From the NCBI GenBank assembly GCA_000934665.2, contig JYFJ02000538.1, positions 1-64,000 of the forward strand: DNA of 64,000 nucleotides, read 5' to 3'. This DNA comes from Catajapyx aquilonaris (taxonomy: Eukaryota). Both the position numbers and the translations under genes were made by a program. Position 1 is the first letter of the stretch, and each line of letters begins with the position of its first letter. The notes beneath the pieces are model-generated. The model searched no databases and was not told the DNA's origin. It worked only from the letters and a program-made list of their open reading frames with translations. Below, piece by piece: positions 59,301 through 64,000 of this stretch.

Positions 59301-59843
59301 TTTTCCTTGTTCCGGATCAAGAGGGGTGGAGACCCGCCCCCGGAGGAGGAAGAGGGTGGGAGAGGCATCCACCCCACCCCAATTCGACCACTTTAAGAGG
59401 ACCGGAAGTTGCAGGATACATCTCCAGAAAAAAAGGAAAGTCGATACAAACCCCTCTTTTGATTACGGTCGTCAATGTCAATGAATAAATCCCAGTCCGG
59501 GCCTCCAAAACCCCCTGAAAATCCGGAGCTCCCCACCCGGCACCACCCACCCCCAAAAAAGACAGAAATCGATAAGTTGAGAAAATCTAACTGTTGTTAT
59601 GGGTGCCGGTCGAACCAATTGCAATGTATTGATTGCATATGTACTTTCCAATTGAAAAAAAAAATTATTGAAGGGCAGGGTCAGCCACCCCCTAACCCAC
59701 CCACCCACCCACCAACCGGCATACAGCCCACACCCCAAAACAACCAAAAATATTTTGAGTGACTGACCTTCTGGCGCCAGCGCCAGTAAAAATACGAGGT
59801 GAAATGCAGTTGGAGTAATCCATCTCCTTGCTGAATCCAACAT
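53386..59843 (-). CDS. TMEM8: TMEM8/PGAP6-family membrane protein (EGF-like plus 7TM region), multi-exon
   Basis: Signal-like exon 1, NPLPGEWFAAA, DSGGTLIFEL, IPYPAPGTW, C.C.AGYRGWGCTD, LLTLSNLAFVP, FYHACD, HSAWH. Confidence 0.88.
54348..54463. mobile_element. PIF/Harbinger-like MITE in TMEM8 intron
   Basis: TAA|GGGCCGGTTTCACCAAGACCGGT ... ACCGGTCTTGGTGAAGCAGGCCC|TAA. Confidence 0.8.
58696..58860. mobile_element. pogo/Tigger-like MITE
   Basis: gtactcccgattatccgg ... ccggataatcgggagtac 18-bp inverted repeat; TA at right end. Confidence 0.55.
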
Positions 59844-61241
59844 TGTTAATTCACGGGGCCCGGCTCTCTTGGTCTTTTTCCCTTAATAGAAAAAGGGGGA
59901 GCCGGGGGGATATAGATGGGGAGGGGTCCTATGCGTGAATGCCCGTCGTCGCCGTCGCCGTCAGCCGGCGTCGTCGGCCCCCGATCAGAGCGCGCCGCGC
60001 CGCCTGCGCAACCCGATCCATTGCCTAGCTCTCTACTACACACACTCGAGGCACATACTGAGAGCTCTATACACACCACACATGCTGGGGGACAGTGGTG
60101 GTGGTGGTGGGGGTGAGACCTTGGCAATGTCCATAACAAGGCGGGGTTGTGGGGATGGGACATGACGTCCAGGAGAGGTTATGTAATCTAGACAGATATA
60201 AGGGCGGGGTTTTGACATGCGATTCGAAGGTGGCGCGGTAGACATGAATTTGACCATGCTGAAACATTTTCCATTTTTGGGTTCAGAAACGCTGAAGATG
60301 GCCTTCCATTTTTAGTGCACAAATGGCATACTGTATGTCTGCACCTGAAATATCAATCCCACAGTGTCTCATATTCTGAGAAATTCTACTGTTACAGTCA
60401 CCCATAAATTAATGGGAGCATGATGTGGATCTCATAATTCCTTAAAATAAAAATGGAAGACCTGTTGTACAGTACAGAACACATTGGGTCAGCTGCATGC
60501 CCTTATTGCTGAAATTGTATGTAGTCAGTTGAACATATTGACCCAAGGCCGCAGGACCTTGAATTGGATATTGGGCTTTCCAGTAAATTATTGGTTCTGC
60601 AGACCATGTGCAGAATGTTTGCTTGATATCTTATTGATCTTCTACGCACAAGCCCTACATGAGGCCAGACAAGTGCCTCAACACAAATATCACTATCGTG
60701 ATGGATTTTATTCTGCAACGGTGTTTCCAAAAAACTAAGACTGGGCATATTGTAGTCCCTAACAGCTAGGATAAATTAAATCTGTAAGGGAAATAGCCGT
60801 ACATTGCTCAACCAATGAGAATCAAGTCGTAATATTTTTCAAGCAGTGGCAGATGATGCTTGATTTTTAGAGTTCCATATTGTTCCCCTAAATGAGGTTA
60901 TGACACAAAATAAATTGAAGACCTCGGGGGAAGTACGATCAAGGTCCACCCCAGGTGAAACTGACTGAGATATTCCAATTTTAAATTTCGAAGGCCCACA
61001 AGGTTCTATTGTAAATCCCAATTTCAGGGCCTTCCATGATCATTACTCCACAACCACAATCAAACCACCATACACTACACTAGTGAAACTATCTTCTGAG
61101 ATATGTGACTCATTTCTGACAAAAAGTGGCCCTTGATCGTGCCCCCCCCCCCCTAAGGACTTCAATTATATTATAATATTATATTATTATTATAGTATAT
61201 TGCAAGGTATATGCAATATACAGTATAGAGTGTGTAGTATA

Positions 61242-61865
61242 CAGGGTGTAAATGAAACAAGTGAGCACATTTTGAGGACTGACTGAGTGACTAGAAAGAA
61301 TTTTTTTGTTAATACACTTATTGGTGATACAGGTGCATTGTTCCATCAGAAGGATTTGCGACACATCACACACTTCTAAATCTGAGTAACCAAAGTAACC
61401 ACCATGGGCATGGTAACTATACTACAGTACTGCAACACGACAATCTACAACGAGCTGTCTTCATCTTTTCTTACATTGGTGCTTTTTGTTGCTACTGTTT
61501 ACTCATGTTGTTCTGTGAGGGTATTTCCATGGAAACCTTGATGACGTCTGATCGCTGTTTCGTTTTCCGCACTGTAACATGTCAACCTCTTATTAACTAT
61601 AGTAACCACCAGAAACATTTAGAGGTCATTCATCAGAAAAAGAGGGTTTTAGTTGCTCCTGGGAGGTAGGCATAGAAACGACTTATGTAATACTATGGCT
61701 ACCGTGGTGGTTACTAAGATTTCGGCACATTTCTGTGAACAGTTACAAACCCACATTTAATGGTGAAGCGACGCATCTGTGAGACCAATTGTATTGGCAA
61801 AAAAATGTCCCTTTCTAGTCACTATCATTCCTCAAAATATGCGCACTTATTTCATTTGCACCCTG
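61242..61865. mobile_element. Tc1/mariner-type non-autonomous element
   Basis: TA|CAGGGTGTAAATGAAACAAGTG.. and ..CACTTATTTCATTTGCACCCTG|TA; long imperfect TIRs; no transposase ORF. Confidence 0.75.
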
Positions 61866-63193
61866 TATGTAACAAGGGGCTACATAATATTAAAATAGGA
61901 TAATATTGTACATTGAGAGGGCATGATTTTGAACACCATTATTTTAGTCAACAGTTGGCATTTTGAAAAGTGAGTGTCTATTAATGCTTGAGAAATCAAA
62001 ATATAAATGATCCAATGTTCTTAGCCCCTCCTGCCACGATATTGAGTGGAAACAGTCACAAAATGAAGAATTTGAAATGCAGATTTATAAGATACTGTAC
62101 CAGGGTATTTAATCACCCAAGTTTAATTTTTTCATCTGATAATATTATGAACAACTGCCATTAAAAATTCTGGCAGTCTGAGGAAGGTCTCTCCTGGAAG
62201 GGTTCCTCCCCGAGAATATCACCAAAATATTTTCATACTTCGACACATTCCACGACAAGGGATCACCATTCTTTCATGATGCAAGAAAATGCATAATTAT
62301 GGAATATTGTGCACATTACCTTTGGATGTAGGACCCTTCGTTCACAATGGGCAACCTTGCCTCATGAACTTTCCTGTGTGTTATGATACCATGCAATTGA
62401 ATTTCTCTTGCAGGCCCGAAAGTAAAAAAATATATTCCAGTGTATCATGATTGTATAGTGCTATATGGCAAGATAAAGTCATCATAGCATTGCTTTATGA
62501 AGAATCCTAATCATGTTTTGCAAGCAAAATGCAGAATACCATTTAGCTGTGACTTCATTTTAGTGCAGCAGTTCGAAAGCAAATTCCATCAGTAACATTG
62601 GTTTTTATTTTTATTTGAATTTGCCCACTCTAAAACAACAGCTTCCAACAACCGAAATCTGCCAATGGCGTAAGGCTGTAAGTGATAAGACACCAAATCC
62701 CGTCATATTTTCATTTGAAGGGTTTGGATGTGTGCTGTAAAGGTATGATCTGCACCCTATGCAGCTCAACTCACAGATAGATTGAAAGAGACCGCTAGAA
62801 GGTTTTAATATCTCCATTCATCTGAACTATTCTATCAGGTTCTGCAGGGAGTTTTAAAAAATGCCCTCCACAATAAATTGAATATACCTTTAGAACACGC
62901 TTGTAATTAAGCAGCTTTATTTACTTATTAATGGGAGCTGGAGAACAAAAGGGAGGTCCAAAAACAGGTGGTAAAAGTTGGGGATAAATCCACGGATGGG
63001 GGAAAAATACAAAATAAAGGCCCTCTCCCAATCCTCGTATGAAAGATCACTAGAAAAAAAATGGGATGCAAAATTGTACCCCGCCTGTAAACCTTCCCTT
63101 TCTCCCCTCCAAACTCTCTCTCTCTCTCTCTCTCTGCCCCATTCTTTCCCCCTTGCCCACCCCCCCTCCCGAAAAACAGTTTAATTACACCAA

Positions 63194-64000
63194 CTAGTTG
63201 GCAGCTTGTCCTTCTTGAGACCCGGGAAGCACATAGCGGACATACGGCACCTCCACATCATTCCCGTCGTCATCATTGCAGCACAGCTCAAATACTAGGG
63301 CACGCACATGCGGCTCAATTGGTCGGCGAGATACCTTTCGAACCACATCTGTCATCCTGGAAACACACAACATTAAATGCCATTGTAAATTAATAATTTT
63401 GCTTTTAAAACACACAATTGGCCTCACAAATCATGAGGGTTAACTTACTTGAGGTCCATTCGCTCATCGGTCTTGGCTTTAGGTAAGAAGAAAGCGTACA
63501 GCATGCAGACACCATGTGACAACATGGTGATCTGGAGGCGGTGCTCCCTCTGGAAGTATTCAATGAACTCCCTGAGAGTCATTTCTCCATCGACATCAAA
63601 ACGGTCCCATTGGGTCCAAACTTGGTCGTAGTACTTCTGCTTCTGGGCTGCAATTGGCTCTGAGAATGCCACCATAGGCAGAGCCAGGTTCACGAACCCA
63701 TTCTTAAATCGAGTGAGATGCCTCTCCTCTCCTCCTGCTGATACTCCGGCCCAGCCTGATGCACCTAGTTCAATCTTCTCCTGAACGAGTTTGATAAGCT
63801 CCAGGCAGGCCAAGCCTGACACTACCGCAGTGGTGGTAGCAATGGCAGGAATGATCTTCCCGGCAATCAGCTTGGAGGTGAGACGGTCAGCAGGAGCAAT
63901 ACCATAATTTTCTGCACGCGAGTTGGAGGCAGCCACAATAAAGTCCATGTGGAAGTTGGTGTCATCATCCTTCTCAAACTCTATTGGGCTTATGGAAACA
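63194..64000 (-). CDS. UBA1: Ubiquitin-like modifier-activating enzyme 1, 3' part
   Basis: [77 protein letters not shown]. Confidence 0.97.

Overview
Gene-dense eukaryotic DNA with many short GT-AG introns. It is most likely a non-insect or early-branching arthropod, inferred from a C-type-lectin-bearing contactin and a GFGCP-type defensin. Housekeeping genes: MCM10, Rab GDI, contactin, NDUFA11, AIMP2, PheRS-alpha (FARSA), a small C2H2 ORF, GCDH, TMEM8/PGAP6-like and the 3' end of UBA1. The window also holds two copies of a tRNA-derived SINE and several MITEs. Two things stand out. (1) A ~15 kb innate-immune cluster (27.7-42.4 kb): an ankyrin-repeat plus cGAS/Mab-21-like nucleotidyltransferase (cGLR) fusion lying tail-to-tail with a SAM-less SAMHD1-like dNTPase, followed by two CS-alpha-beta defensins (one absent from the ORF track) and a secreted WAP-domain protein. 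(2) AIMP2 has no start exon of its own that I could find, but a splice donor overlapping the FARSA stop codon would join PheRS-alpha in frame to AIMP2, suggesting a PheRS-alpha-AIMP2 fusion isoform. Exon models were built by eye and protein identities come from motif recognition, not database searches.
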